The notes beneath the pieces were generated by a model. The model was not told the origin of the DNA, did not search any database, and worked only from the letters and a program-made list of their open reading frames with translations. A program made the position numbers and the translations under genes. Positions 14,301-29,300 of a DNA stretch of 64,000 bases are shown piece by piece; position 1 is the stretch's first letter; each line of letters opens with the position of its first letter. Source of the DNA: Ginglymostoma cirratum (lineage: Eukaryota); NCBI GenBank assembly GCA_024137785.1, contig JAHRHZ010000019.1, forward strand, positions 23,093,365 to 23,157,364. Direction: 5' to 3'.

Positions 14301-17300
14301 GGGAGGGGAGGGAAATGGTATTTGGTCAAGGCATCCCACTGGACATGATGGGAATAGCAGCTTACAAAGTTAACAAATTACATGGGAGTTAACAAGATGA
14401 CATCCAGACTCTCAAGATTAGTTGCTAGCAAAAGCTTTGGGTAGGAACTGAATTTTTAAAAGTTCATTCACAGTATGAAGGCATCACTAGATACGCTAGC
14501 ATTTATTGCCCATCCTCATTTGGCCAGGGGGCAGTTAGGAGTGAACCACATTGCTGTGGGTCTAGAGTCACATGTACACTAAGGACAGCAATTTCCTTCC
14601 TTATTGTCCTTTAGGGTTAGGGTTAAAAACCAGATGGGCTTCTGCAATCAACAGTGGATTCATCGTCATCAGTAGACTCTTAATTCCAGATTTTTATTTA
14701 ATTCACATTCCACATCTGCCATGGTGGCATCTCCAGAACATTATCTGGGTCTCTGGATTAAGAGTTCAGCAGTAAAACCGCTAGGCCATTGTCTCCCCTT
14801 CCTACAAAGATGTGGGAAACAGAGATAACAATTGTGGTAATTATAATTGTTATTGTAATATACATACCATAATCTATAAATAGCTTGAAGGAGCTCTGTA
14901 ATTCACATATGAAATAAACAATCTGTTCTCCGACTCCTCCATCAATTAGTGAAATACCCCTATATCACAAACATTTTTTGTAGACCCGATCTACTCTACA
15001 ATTTACTTTGTTATTGATCTTTGTCTCATCAGCAAATTTGGAAACTCTCTCTCTGTCTGTCTCTTCATCCAAGTAATTTACATAAATTGTAAACACTCAA
15101 GCTCTCAGCACCAGTCCCTGTCGCATACCATTTTTATGATTTACCAACCTGACAAAGATCCATTTACAACTATTCTGCTTTTTGCTGGCCGGCCAATCTT
15201 TCAGCCATGCCAAAATCCCAACCCCCTACACAAACCTGTTTTTATTTTTTGCTTAGGCTTTGATATGACATTGTGTAAAATGCCTTGTGGAAATCTAAGT
15301 ACCTGTACAACCACCAGTCCGCCCTTCATACAAAAGTATTACCTCTTCAAAGAATTTGAACAAATTGGTCAAACACAATCTTCCTTTCACAAAACCATGT
15401 TGACTCTGCCTGATTACTTTGAACTTATCCGACTGCCCTGCAAACTGCTTCACTAATAGCTTCCAACTGTTCTGGTTGACAGATGTTCAGCCAACTAGCC
15501 AAAAGTTTCCTGCTTTCTGTCTCCTTTGCTTTTTGACTAAAAGAGTAACGCTCACTAATTTTCCAATGTAATGTAATAACCTTAAAACCAGGGGTTTTGG
15601 AAAATTAAAACCAATGCATCATCTTTCATACTAGCCACTTCTTTCCAGACCCCAGGATGAAGTCCACCAGGACACAGGCATGTATCACACCACTGTCAAT
15701 TTACTTAGTACCACTTCTCTGCTGGGAGTAAGGTAAGAGCGGAGGTTCGCAATTAGCAGCCATATGCCCAGCCCAATATCTGATCCCTGGGTTGACCACT
15801 ACGCCTTTGAAAAGGTGACTTTTCTTAGAAAGCCACAGGCAAACCCAATGGAGCATTGGGTAGTGTGTGCGCGTGCACGTGGTGGGGTTACTAATCAACT
15901 AATTTGTGTCAACTGGTTCAACAGTAAGCCTAATTGATTAACAGCTACAAGTCAGAGCTCTTGTGCTGCTGTTATAATGTCGCTACCTCTGGGCCAGAAG
16001 GCCCATGTTCAAGTCCCACCTATTCCAGTGGTGTGTTGTAACAAGTCAAACAAAATAGAAAAATCACCATGAGGGTTTTTGTAGCTCAATGGTGGTATTC
16101 CTACCACTGAGTCAGTGGTCCAACTTGCTCCAGGAGGTATGTAATAACATTTCTGAACTGCTTGATTAGAAAATACCTGCAGTGGTAGTGTTCCCAACTC
16201 AGGGCCAGAAGGTCCAGATTCGGGTCCCAGGCATAACGTGCCTGAGCAGGCTGATTAAAAGTATCTAAACTATCACAAGTGGATGAGATTCTCAAAGGCC
16301 CTTTTCCCTCTTCAGCTTAGAACAGCAAAAGCTTTCTGGTCAGTGACTGTTGTGCAACCTCTCACACAATTAAGTGGGCTCAGTCATGTTTCCCACTAGG
16401 TCCAGCCTATTGTATCTGCTGTTAATTGGGAATGACAGAAACAAAGGCAGTAATGAGCAATGTAACAAATCTCATCATCCTAGTGTTAATATTTCATATC
16501 AGTAAAAACAACATGACTTATTCCTCAGTATTAAAGTTAAGAGGGAATATTTTAGCTTTCAGATCAGAAACCTCTTCATTGCCTCCTTCCTCCTAAAACT
16601 TCCAATCTTCAATTTCCTGCACTTATCTTCTACTTTTAGGATTATGACCTCCTTTGCATGCTTCTTTTTTACTCAACTATTGATTAAATAAGTATCAAAT
16701 ATTTCAGCTTCCCACTCTCATTCTTGAAACCCTTCCAATCTGCTACTTTTCTCCCCTTGAAAACTAAGATGGGGATAGATTCTGAGGTATTCTTGACCAC
16801 TAATCTGATTTCCATCTTCCTCCATTTTTTAGATTCATTATTTTCTGCTCTGAAAGAACACTGATGTGCTATGTTTAAAAACCCTGTATAAACCATGTTG
16901 CTACTTTTAAAAAGAAATTCACCTGCTTAATAGATCTCTGATGAGTGAGAGTTTAGCCATGTTTTTTATGTATGAAGTTTTCAGAATTTCCACTGAACAA
17001 CGTATTAGATAGCAGACTGAACACAGCATCCCAAAGTGCTGCAAAGAAGGGATTATCAAACCATGTTTGACACAGGTCCAATATTCCCACAGGTGATCAA
17101 AAGCTTAGCCAAAAGAAGAAGTCTATTTTAGAGAATCTTTAAGAGAGGGAGAAAGACAGGAAATGCCTCATGATTCGAATTCTAAGAATTAAGAATTTAG
17201 TAACAAATTGCATTTAGTTTATCTATATTCACTGGTACAGGATGCTACATAATTCAATAAGATCACCTGAAACTGAAGGAATTGAGATTTCCCTAAATAC

Positions 17301-20300
17301 AATTCAGACAGCAAATGGCACAAACTAAACTCTGCAAACCCGATGGTTGATTTTGATCCTTTGTTTGCAACAGATAACTGATGTCAGAACTCAGGACTCT
17401 CATTGCATTTTAAAAAATGAAGCATTTGAGCCTGGTTGGATTTCTCACAACCAGCCCATTGCAACAGTTACAAAAACTGCTTTGAATGCACTCATTTGGA
17501 TACTCTGGAATTAACGTACTTGTCTGTGCAGATGCTCATTTTCTTGTATTTTGTTCTGCAGATCTTCATCAAACACACTCTGTCGCTGCTGATTCATCTG
17601 AGTTGGAGGGTCAACACTCTTCTGCTGTACAAAGTCAGTTCAAAATTAGTATCCATTCTAATACATATTATGCAAAAATATACAAAAAATGCTACACGAC
17701 TGTATATGGCATTTAAAACAAAGATCTGAGCCAAAGGGGCATTATCTAATGTGACTGTCCACTCATGATCATACGTTTATTTCAAATGATGGTTCAATTC
17801 TTAACATTGCCACTGGGTGGTGCTGCAATAATGTAATTGCTGGAGTGAGCAAACATAGGGAAACATAGGGAAAGCCAGACGATTATCTAGTCGTGCTATT
17901 CAAACTTGTCACAAAGTACAACAGACCCAAATTTAACCTGATCTATACTTGAAGGAAAAAAATGCTGCCTAACTCCTTCCTTCATACATCCCAGCTGGCA
18001 CATGGCAGACTTTCCACACTGCCGCTTCCAAACTCAGCTCCAGTGGATTCACAAACTCTGGGCCTGTCAACAAAATGAACCAAGCATGAAGTTTATTTGT
18101 TAGCAGTTAGACCACCTTGTGACCAACACCCAAGAAGAAACAACCTACTTGCTTGCTCTGTTTCTATGCCCATCACAATTTCACATATCAGCCTGCCCAA
18201 GCAGCCCAAAGACATCTCACCAAATCTTTAGGAACTTCTGTAACCATCAGTAAACATTACTTTTAATTTCAATTCCTAATCCTAATCGAGCAGTTTTCAT
18301 ATTTGCCTAATGTTTCCAACCATCGCTTTTCGCATCTGGAATAATTCATGTCCTGATATCCCACCTTTCCCACTATCAATTGACCCTCATTCTCTCCTTT
18401 TCTTTTCACATTCCTCCTCTTTATTCCCTTGTCACCATCACATCATTCTCACCTTTCCTCTCAGTCACCAACCATCAGTATCCTCCTATCCTATTTTTCA
18501 TTTAGCATTCTCTCATCTCTAAACTTGACTAGATATCAACTCACTGTGAAAGGCCACTGGGGATTAACAAAGAATTCAAAGCCAAACTGCTTACGCTATT
18601 TAAAGACAACTGATAAAATAATCAATATTTAAGACAAATATAATTACAAGTATTCCTGTTCTTACACAAGCACATTACAGTAACCGACATTCATCAAAAG
18701 GTTGGAAACTGATAGAATAATCTGCAAAGAAATTGCCTAAATATTTTGAAGGGGACGCTTCAAACTTCTGGAGAGGCAGTAAATGGAGAACTAATTGAAT
18801 GGATCTTTGAAATGGGCCAGCACATGCACAATTAGTAAAATAGCCTACTTCTGAAATATATACCACTTTGATTCTCAATCATTAGGCCATAAGACTCTAA
18901 GATATAGGAGCAGATGTAGGCTACTTGCCCCATCAAGTCTACTCTGCAATTTAATGAAATCATGGCTGATCTGATAATCCTCAACTCCACCTTCTTCCCT
19001 TTTCCCAATAACCCTCAACTCCTTTACTGATGAAAAATCTGTATTTAGCCTTAAATTTAATTAATGACCCAGCCTCAACCAAACCTCTGCCATAAAGAAT
19101 TCCACATATTCACTCCCCTCAGAAGAAATTCCTCCTGTCTTCAATGTGTGACCCCTTACTCTGACATTATGTCCTCTGTTCTTAGACATGCTTTACCACA
19201 AGGGAAAAACAATCCCTCCACATCTACTCTGTTAAGCCCCAAAGAACCTCATGTTTCAAGAAGTTCTCCTCTCATTCTTCTTAATTCCAATGACAACAAC
19301 CAACTTAACTTCTCATAAGAAAATCCTTCCTTACCTGAAATCAACCAGTGAACCTTCTCCAGACTGCCTCCAATGTCATAATATCTTCCCTTATGCAAGG
19401 GGACCAAAATTGTTCTCAATATTCTGTGAGGTCTAACTAGTACGGTGACAATGTAAACTTCACAACTTTAATAACTGTTCAGCGATTGAATGAATCAACA
19501 AATGATAAACTGTTACACGTGGAAAGAATCAGCAATAACTTTCTGGAATAAACTTTCTTGAGATGGGAGATGCAAGGAGACACTGTTATAAAGGAATTGA
19601 AACCAACATGCAAATTAGCCAATCTTGGATTGGAGCTGAAGGAACATAAACATTTTGTTTCCTGGGAGCAAGGAGATAACAACAGCTTGACAAGCTCCTA
19701 TCTCATGACAAATGGGCAATTCAGATTGCGTACAGAAATAATGTTCTGAAGTAAAGGGGATAGTTGCAGGACAAGCTGTGGTGTTTAGAACAGACAGCTA
19801 ACAAGGAAGAGGGGAGATACTTCAGCTAAGAAGGCAAGCTGCAGACTTGATGTCTCCAGGAAAGTTATCAATTTTGGGGATGAAATAATTTATTGAATCA
19901 TCAACAGTGCCACACCACAAACTTGAAAGAGAAAATTGTTCAAGAAACCAACAGCAGAACAAGTCAATGGCAGAACTTCAAGAAAACAACACTGCATAAG
20001 GAGACGGACACTGTTGGTGTGACCCTGCCAGATTCTATCTTAACTGGGTGATAGCTAAGTTGAGCTGTGAGACTTAACTTGTTTACCTGAGGGATCTTAT
20101 TTTGGTTGCCACATGCAATAAAGTTTAAATAATTATTTCAGTACTTAATTATCTGTGAGATTTCTTGATAAGTAGCCAAGTTAAGTTTGTGGTGATTTAC
20201 CCAAAACAGTGCTCTTAGCAAGACTTCCCTATTTTTAAACTCCATTCCCTTTGAAATAAAGGCTGATAGTTCATTTGACTTCATGATTACCTGAACTTGG

Positions 20301-23300
20301 GTGCTAGATTTTTGTGATTAATTCAAGTAGACTCTCACGTTCCTCTGTCAGCAGCGTTCAGCCTTCTTTCTCCATTCAAATAATGTTCACCTCCTCTAAT
20401 TTTCCTGCCAATGCACATAACCTCATTTTCCCACAATACATTCCATTTGCCAACTCAACCTCAGTATATCACTCTGTAGACTTTGTCATCCCTATGACAT
20501 GCCTTCCCTATTCTTGAGTATAGTACATTCATTTTCCTCATGAGTCATTAATATAGATCATAAATAACTGTGGTCACAGCACTGATTCCTGAAGCACTCC
20601 ACTAGTGGGCATCCTGAAAATACCCCTTTATTCCAACTCTCCATCTTCTATTAGTTAGTCCATCCTCTATTCCTGCTAATTTACAACCCCAACACTATAG
20701 TTCATTTCTCAGGTGACCTTGTGGTTGATACCTTATTTAACACCTCTGGAAATCGAGATTTATGAAATCTTACAGGTTCCCTTTTATCTATTCTGTTTGT
20801 TACCTCCTCAAAGAATGCCAACAGATTTGGCATGATTTCCCCTTCATGAAGCCATGCTGACTCTGCTTAATTATACTTTGTATTTCTAATGGTCTCTGGA
20901 CAGATCTGATAACTGACAATGTGAAATCAAAGTTAGTTTAGAAGTTTTGTTAAGATTACAAATTCAAATGATATCAAAATTGGTGAGGCCTCAACTGTTC
21001 AGAAAATAAGTGCATTCTTTCCCTTCTGACCCTGGCTTCAAAACTACACAAAATAGTTGTAACATATGAATACATGATTTAAGCCCAAAAGTGCAATTCC
21101 AGATCACAGTGCTGAAACATAAACCTCAAAGTGTAGGTTTATCACTGGTTCAAACTGTAAATAAGCAGCCCATCCTCCAGCTCTTCTAATACCACGCAGT
21201 GTTCTCTCCTCTTTACCGTCCATTAAAACAAGCAATGAGTAACTTCGTCCTGTAGCCTTTGATACTGAAATCAGAAATTGTATATGTAGAATCACAAGCA
21301 ATCTGCTGCATGGGGCTAAGAAGTGATTCAAAACTTGCTGTACAAACCAGGAGCGGAAAACAAATTAAACACTCATATGTATTCAGGGCTTATTAGGAGT
21401 CAATTATTAACTCAAATTATAGGGTTACAAATGAATACCTTGCATATAGTTTACACGTAAATCACATAGGAGTGTCACAAACTTCCCATTGTCTGAAAAA
21501 CTGAACCACTATCAGCAGCGGAAGCCTGGTGGAAATTTTTAGTTTCAGCCATTTACTACTCATGTCAAACATACTGTTATAACAGAACCCTCTATGGCAT
21601 TTTATTCCTGTGTTGCAAACTTCAGCAATACAACCAATGTTAACAAACTGTAAAAATGAAACAAAGACCTACAGCTGCTGGAAATCTGAAACAGAAACAA
21701 ATTGCTGGAGAAACTCAGGTCTGGCAGCATCTGTGGAGAGAAAGCACAGTTGATGATCGTAGCTAGGAAAGGGTCGTATATATGCTAAAGAACAGGAGTG
21801 GAGGGGATGGGAAACAAATGAGTGGATAGGGAGCAATGAAGCCCAGAGAATGAGAATGACAGTAAAGGAGACAAAGTGATGGACGATAATGTGCCAGGGA
21901 AAAAGAAAAGTTGATAATGGGGCCCACAAATAAGTGAAAGGGCTTGGGATGTGGGAGTGGGTTAAGGACATAGAAGATGGTGTTCCAGGTGTGAAGTTAT
22001 TGAACTCGATATTGAGCTCTGAAGGTTACAGGGTCCCCAAAGGGAAAATGATATGCTGTCTTCCAGCTTATGCTGAGCCTCACTAGAACACTGCAGCAGG
22101 CCAAAAACAGAAATGTGGACCGGGGAACATGGTGGCATGCTAAAGTGACAGGCAACTGGACGGGTCATTTTGTAGACAAAACGTGAGTGCTCTGCAAAGC
22201 AGTCACCCAGTCTACATTTCAACAAAAAAAAAAAAGTCTGCGTTTTGTACTACCAAACAGTATTATTGCTAGGAAACACGATGATTAGACAGCTGCACTC
22301 TCTTACCAGAATGTTTACACTTTACTACCCAAGATGGAAAAGCAAAAGTAATTTCCAGTTTTAACTTGAGGGAAACCAAAACAAAAAACTTTTTAAATTT
22401 CCAGAACACACAACCACTGTGCTAAATGACAGAGTTCCAAAGTGTCAAAGCAACAAAAGTCTAATAGCTGTGATGGCAAGAACAAAGATTTTCCATGTCA
22501 AAGGATATCATAACAAATTGAGTTTTTCCAAACAATATATCCTAAATCCAATAATCTCCTATTTAACATATGCTTTTACCTTTCCCCTTGCTTCCTTCCT
22601 GACTCGATGGGAAAAAAAATACCTGACATTCCAAACTATGCTGACCGTCATCGTACGCAAAGGTTTTTATAAGCTACCAGGCGATTCATAGACCAAGAAC
22701 AAATGAAAATAAAACCTTCATTTATTTTTCTTAAGGATACCAATGGCATCTGTCAATGTCAGAAAGAACAGAGTGATCAACTCCTCGCCCACAAATTTAT
22801 AGTGACAGCTGATAGCCTAGAGTGTATCTGCCAGTATCCCATGATAGAATCCATGGGTGAACTACCATCAATGGCAGAGCTGTGACAAGCTACCAGACAG
22901 ATGGGGGGAGGGGGAGAAGGAAGAAAGAAATAAAACAAACAAGAAAAAAAAAAAAAAAAAAAAAACCTTCGACAAAGCTTGTCATCCATATGGTGTTCCA
23001 GCTGAAGCATTCATTTTCGGTAAGCATTGCACACACCAAAACTCCATGAACACATCCAGCTGAGAGAAAAGCACGGAATCCCTTCCCAACCTCAGGGATG
23101 CAAAGATTGCAACTGTCTTCAAGGGAAATCAATCTCAAGGCTCTGTGGATTATGCTCCAGAGATGGTTGATCAATTGGCCTGATGGTAATGATAGATTGG
23201 GGATATGCTAGGCTATGAGGTTACAGATTGTATTGGAGTATGATTCCATTGCTGCTGATGGCCCCAGAGCCTCATTTTTAATTGAATTCAAATTGCATCT

Positions 23301-26300
23301 TCTGCAGTGGCAGGATTCATTACCTGGGTCACTGGATTAATTTTCCAGTGGTAACACCATTTAGAGGAGAGATAGTAGGAACTGCTGATACCGGAGAACC
23401 TGAAGGGTCTAGACCCAAAACGTCAGCTTTCCTGCTCCTCTGATACTGCTTGGCCTGCTGTTTTCATCTACATCTGTTATACCATTTAGAGGAGTACATG
23501 TTTGAATCAAGGCTGTAATGAAGTCAAGAGCTGATCCCAAAATAGCATCAGTAAACAGATTATTGCTAAGGAATCATTGCATGATCAAGACTAGACTGAA
23601 TGGGTGATGACTGCCCAGGTTGGATTTGTCAAACTTTGTGTATTCGGGGCATACCTATGCAATTTTCCACATTGTTGGACAGATGCCGGTGTTTTAGCCA
23701 CACCGGAACAGCTCAGCTAAGGGCACGGCCATTTCTTCATGTCTTCAGTACTACTGGCAGAATCCTGTCGTCAGGGCTTATAGTCTTTGCAGTGTCCAGT
23801 GCCTACAGTTGCTCCTTTATATCTTGTACAGTGAATTGAATTGGCTGAAGATTAGCAACTGTGATGATGGGGATGTCCAGAGAAGGCATAGACAAATCTT
23901 CCTTTGTTCATTCACAGGATGAGGGTGTCACTAGCTTGACTGCATTTATTGCCCATCCCTAATTACCCAGAGGGCAGTTAAGAGTCAACCACATTGCTGT
24001 GGGTCTGGAGTCACATGTAGGCCAGACCAGGTAAGGACATTAGTGGACCAGATGGGTTTTTTCTGACCATCGACAATGGATTCACGGTTATCATTAGATT
24101 CTTAATTCGATATTTATTGAATTCAAATTCCACCATCCACCATGGCGGGATTTGAACATTGGGTGGGTCCCCAGAACATTATCTGGGTCTCCGGATTAAC
24201 AGTCCAGTGATAATACCACTAGGCCATTGCCTCCCCTTATCTTACACTTGGCATTTCTATCTGTAGATTGCTGCTAAAGATAACACTGAAGCATTTGCAA
24301 TGAAATGTTGGGTCCCCCAACTTTGAGGGCAGGATTGTATATGAAGCTTCCTCCTCTTGCAAGTTCTTTAATTGTCCACCAGTATTCATGACTGAATGCA
24401 GTACGACTAGAGTTTAGGTCTAATCCATTGGTTATGAAATAACTTAGTCCTATCTATCACCTCCTGCTTATGCTGTTTGGCACATAAGTCAGCTTGTGTT
24501 GTATTTTTTCTACTTTGTGTAACCAATAAATTTAGCAATCATACCCTGAATATCATCATTCCAGTCATTTATATACATTTTAAACAAGTTGAGACTTTAG
24601 TACTGATCCCTGTGGTACACAGCTCATTATATCTTGCCAACCAGTAAGAGTCACATTTATGTGAATCATTTCTTGTCAGCTAGCCAATCTCTTATACTTA
24701 TCAAAATATTACCCTGCTGCAACACACGTGTTTATTTTTTACAACAAATTTTAATGTAGCTTATCAAATGACTTCTGAAAATTCCAATATATTAAAAAAT
24801 CAACCAATTCCCCTTAAACCACAGCCTGTTGCTTCCTTAAAGAACTTTCATAAATTAGTTAAAATCATATTGTCTCTGCCTGATTATCTTCAACTTCTCC
24901 AGATGCCCTGCTTTAAGATCTTTAATTACTTCTATTAGTTCCCCTTTGACAAATGTTGAACTAACTGATCAGTAGCTTCCTGCTTGGCATTGCCCTCCTT
25001 TTCTTAATAAAAGGAGTGACATTCTCTATCTTCTGACCTAACTGAACCTTCTCTGAATCTAGGGAGTTTGGAAGAGTTAATCAAGCATCTCACTAGCTAC
25101 TTCTTTTCATGGTTTATAATTTGCTGGTTAAGATGAAGTCCATCATAGCATGGAGACTTGTCAGCACACAGCTCCAATAGTTTACTCAACACCACTTCCT
25201 GATGATTGTAATTTTTAGTTCCTCCTGCTCTTCCTTGTACCATTTACAATGGAGAACAAAACAAAACTCTGTTCAATTTCCTTAATTTTCTTCTTTTAAT
25301 TCACCAAACTCACGTTCTTTAGGACTAGCTTTCCCTTTATGAACTCTTTTTCTGTTTAAACAGAAACTCTCTTCATATTGCTAGCTAGCTTTCTCACATA
25401 CTCTTTCTTTCCTTATTTATCTTTTAGTCATTCCATGATTTTCTTTTGATACTCTGTCCAATCTTCTGACTTGCCACCCATCTTCGCACAATCATATGCG
25501 TTTTCTTTAAGTTTCACACTACTATTTACCAGCGAGTCAGTACAGATCAGTAAGACAGAATAATAGATGAACAGCACTGATGCAAATAAGGACAAAGAGA
25601 ATTTTGGATGACTTGTGGAGTATGCAATGTGAGACAATGACTGGGAGTGCATTGCAAATGTCAAAGGCTGCCAATAACTGGTAACTACATTTGCTTTGGT
25701 TAAGAAATATTTTGAATAAAGATTTCAAATTTTTTTTTCCCCCTCAATAACAGTGAAATGATAAATACAACTTACACACGTGAGCAATTTGCAAAGAGTG
25801 TGGATTCAAAAAACACACATGCTATGCCATCGGCTACATAGTTTCATTCAAAAGTCAAAAACTTTGGACCCAAGAAACATTGTTCTTTTCTAGATTTTAC
25901 CTTGCTCTTCTTGCCTTTGGCCTCAGTAGTTACTAGTTCCTCTTGAAGTAGCTCTACACGCTTTGCCAGCTGCTGATTTCGGAATGTCAAGCTATCCATT
26001 TCTTGCTGCAACTTCCTAACACTTTGGTCCTTCATCTTCAATTCCTCCTGAGGCAGGAAAAAAAGCGGTCTTAAGTTAGTTTTTACACCATGAGAGCATA
26101 GAGGTGATAATAGGACTTGATAATACCACTGCACTCCTTATAGTTGCTCCTAACATAACAATACAAAACAAAGGGGATGGATGAATGGAACTTGCTGAGA
26201 TTTTAGGATATAGGAAGCAAAGTTTAGGAGAACTGCAAGCTAATGAAGGGAGGATGACTGGAAGTCATTCAGGAGTGCCCTGGATAGTCAAATCTATAGG

Positions 26301-29300
26301 TGTCAAATTCACAGATGGCTAAGGATCAGAGATTCCTTACAAAATCTGTAGACAATGGATTAAGTCTTAACAAAATGTTATTGGAAGAATTTTCTACTTT
26401 TCCTGCACTGAATGCCAGCCAGCAGTCTGATAATTTAATCACAATAGAAGGGACACGTGAGGTGGTCAGGAAATAAAGCCAACGTTTTTGAATGTCACAA
26501 AGGGGCAGTATGCAATGAGAGGTATCAAGGACTAATCCTTTGCTGACGGGAGTATCAGTGAAGGATCAGGAAGGGAAGCCAATGCACAGGATTCTCCGGC
26601 TGTAATTAGATAAATAGAGTGTGGTCCTATCTAATTGGACAGAGGTGGAAAGGAAGAGGATGGTGTGGTCAATCATGTCAAAGGTTGCAGACTAGTCTAA
26701 AAGGATGAGGGGGCACAGTTCACCATGTTTACATTCATGATGTGACTTCGACAGAAAACTTGCATTGTGGCAAGTTGGAAAGAGATTGGAGGTGCTCAAA
26801 CTCCCAGGAAAGACCTACTGAATAGAGAGAGCATTTTCAAGGATTGGAGAGAAGGTGGAGATGGGGTGATACCTCATAAGGACTGAGGGTACTGAAGAAT
26901 TTATTTCCGAGAGTGGTGGTGACAACAGGGATGGTACTGTACCTGAGGAGCGAAAATAATAGCAGCTGACATGAAGAAAAATTGAGTAGTTAGCAGTTTA
27001 GCAGAATAGGGTCAACAGAACAGGAGATCTCAAACAGCTCAGAGAAGGTACAAGGGGAAATAGGAAAGAAACTAGAGAAAGTGGAGTTCAGGGATAATCT
27101 GTGGAGGAAGTGTGACCAAGTGAGAAGGGAAAGGAAGGAATGCAACAGCAAAACAGTCTTGATCTTAGTGATAGAGATATCTGTGAGCTCCTTTCAACTT
27201 GCTGTTGATGGGGAGAGTGGAGGAAATGGGAGATAGGGGTACAAGAAAACAATATGCTATAAATAAAAAAAAATGATGGGAGTTATCTTTGCATTCCAGG
27301 ATGATCATGGGATTGAGTATTTTTGAAAATAAGCAGAAATTGAGCGCTTTATAGTTGTTCAGCCAGTTCTCTCCTTATATCTCTCGCCTGCGAGGACCCT
27401 CCCATTCCACCAAGGGAAAGATAACTCCTAAAAGGAATACAGCATAGTATGAAGATATTTATAAAGTTCATTCCCATCGTTTAGTACAGTAGAATACACA
27501 CTCAAAACAGCATGAGCGTAAATGGAGTAAAATACAATAACATATAGATAGAATGTATATCATACTCAGTTGCTTTAAGGAGCAACACGTTATATAAAAA
27601 GTTAGATGTTCATGTGAGGAAACCATTAGAAAAAAATTACCAAAATCTCAGTCAAAAGGATGGAGCTTAAGGACAGTCTTGAAGGAATTAGACGTTATGG
27701 AATTGGAGGTTAGTCAGGCAGCTGAAGAAAAGTCACCAATGGTAGAAGAATTAAAATTAGGCATGCTCAGTAGGTCAAAATTAGGAACCTCCAGATACCA
27801 TAGACGGATGTGGGGCTGGAGGTATTTAAAAGTAAAAGAGAATTTTAAAATCAGAGCGTTGTTTGACCAGGAACCAATCTAGTTCGGGTAAAAGATGAAT
27901 GGGACTTAGGGCAACAAAATCCAGCCAAAGTTTTGGGATGGATTTACTTTGTTAGATGGTAGCATACAAGGTACAGCCACGAGTCAGTCATTTATTCATG
28001 GCTGTAAATTGAGGAAGGATGCTTTTGCTCTCAAAGGAGTGCAGTTAAGGCTTACCAGGCTGATTCCAGGGATGGCAGGTCTTACATGAGGAAAGATTGA
28101 CTAGGTTAGGATTGTTTTCACAAGAGTTCAGACGAATGAAGGGGAATCTCATACAGACTTATAAAATTCTAACAGGACTGGACAGGGTAGATGCAGGGAG
28201 GATGTTCCTGATGGTAGGTTTGTCCAGAACCAGGGGTTACAATCTGAGGACTCGGGGTCGGCCATTTAGGATGGAGATGACGAGACACTTCTTCACCCAA
28301 AGAGTGGTGAGTCTATGCGGAATTCATTACCACAGGAAGTACTTGATGCCAAAACATTGAATGTATTCAAGTAATTAGATATAGCACATGGGTAAATGGG
28401 ATCAAAGATTATAGGGAGAAAGTGGGAGTAGGCTATTCAGTTGGACGATCAGCCATGATCATGATGAATGGCGGAGGCGGCTTTATGGGCCAAATGGCCT
28501 CTTCATGCATGGCCTCCTCATGCCCCTTTCTTCTATATTTGTATGTTTCTATTTATCAAGCCTAAACTAACAGATTGAAAAATAATATGTACATGACTTT
28601 CCCCAGAACAGGCTTTCTTGGCCACATTCTCAATTCAAATCTAAATTTTAGTTCAAGAGTCAACAGACATGAAGGAAAATGGGCTGTGCCCCAGAGTGAA
28701 TCAGATCAGGTGTCCATCGACGATGCTCCATGGGGAAAGATCTCATTCACAGCTGTGCTAGTGATAAACAGGGGTTAGTGCCAAAGGCAGCAAAATAAAT
28801 AAAACAGCATACATGTTTAGAACTTGGTCGCAACTCAATCAACAGCTAACAGTAGGGCTGTTACAGCTACGCAAATCTCTGCAATAAGTTAGAACAAAGA
28901 ATTGCAGATGCTGGAGATCTGAAATAAATACAGAAGTTGCAGTTGAAACTCAGCAGGTCTGGCAACATCTGTGGGGAAAAAGCAGAGCTAACGTTTCAAG
29001 TCCAGTTTACCAGTTGAAGAAGAGTCACCAGACTTGAAATGTTAACTCTGCAGAAATTTGTGAGGAGAAAGCAATGCTTTGAATTTCCAGACTTCCAAGT
29101 ATAGAAAAGAGTCAGCAAAACTGCATTGACACAAACAATTTTTCTAAGTTGTGTTCATGTATCTTTCACAGCAAGATCTTACAACAACTGAGCAACTAGA
29201 TAATTTGTTTTAGTGATATTGTTGGAGGGATGAATATTGGCCAGTGCACCAGGGAAACCTCCCATGCTGGTCCAAATTTGCATGGATCTTTTGTATTTTC

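Noticed and set aside
15955-16268. Repeat-spacer (CRISPR-like) interpretation of the tandem units
   Set aside because: Eukaryotic context; whole units are homologous and diverged, with no short identical repeats separated by unique spacers and no cas genes.
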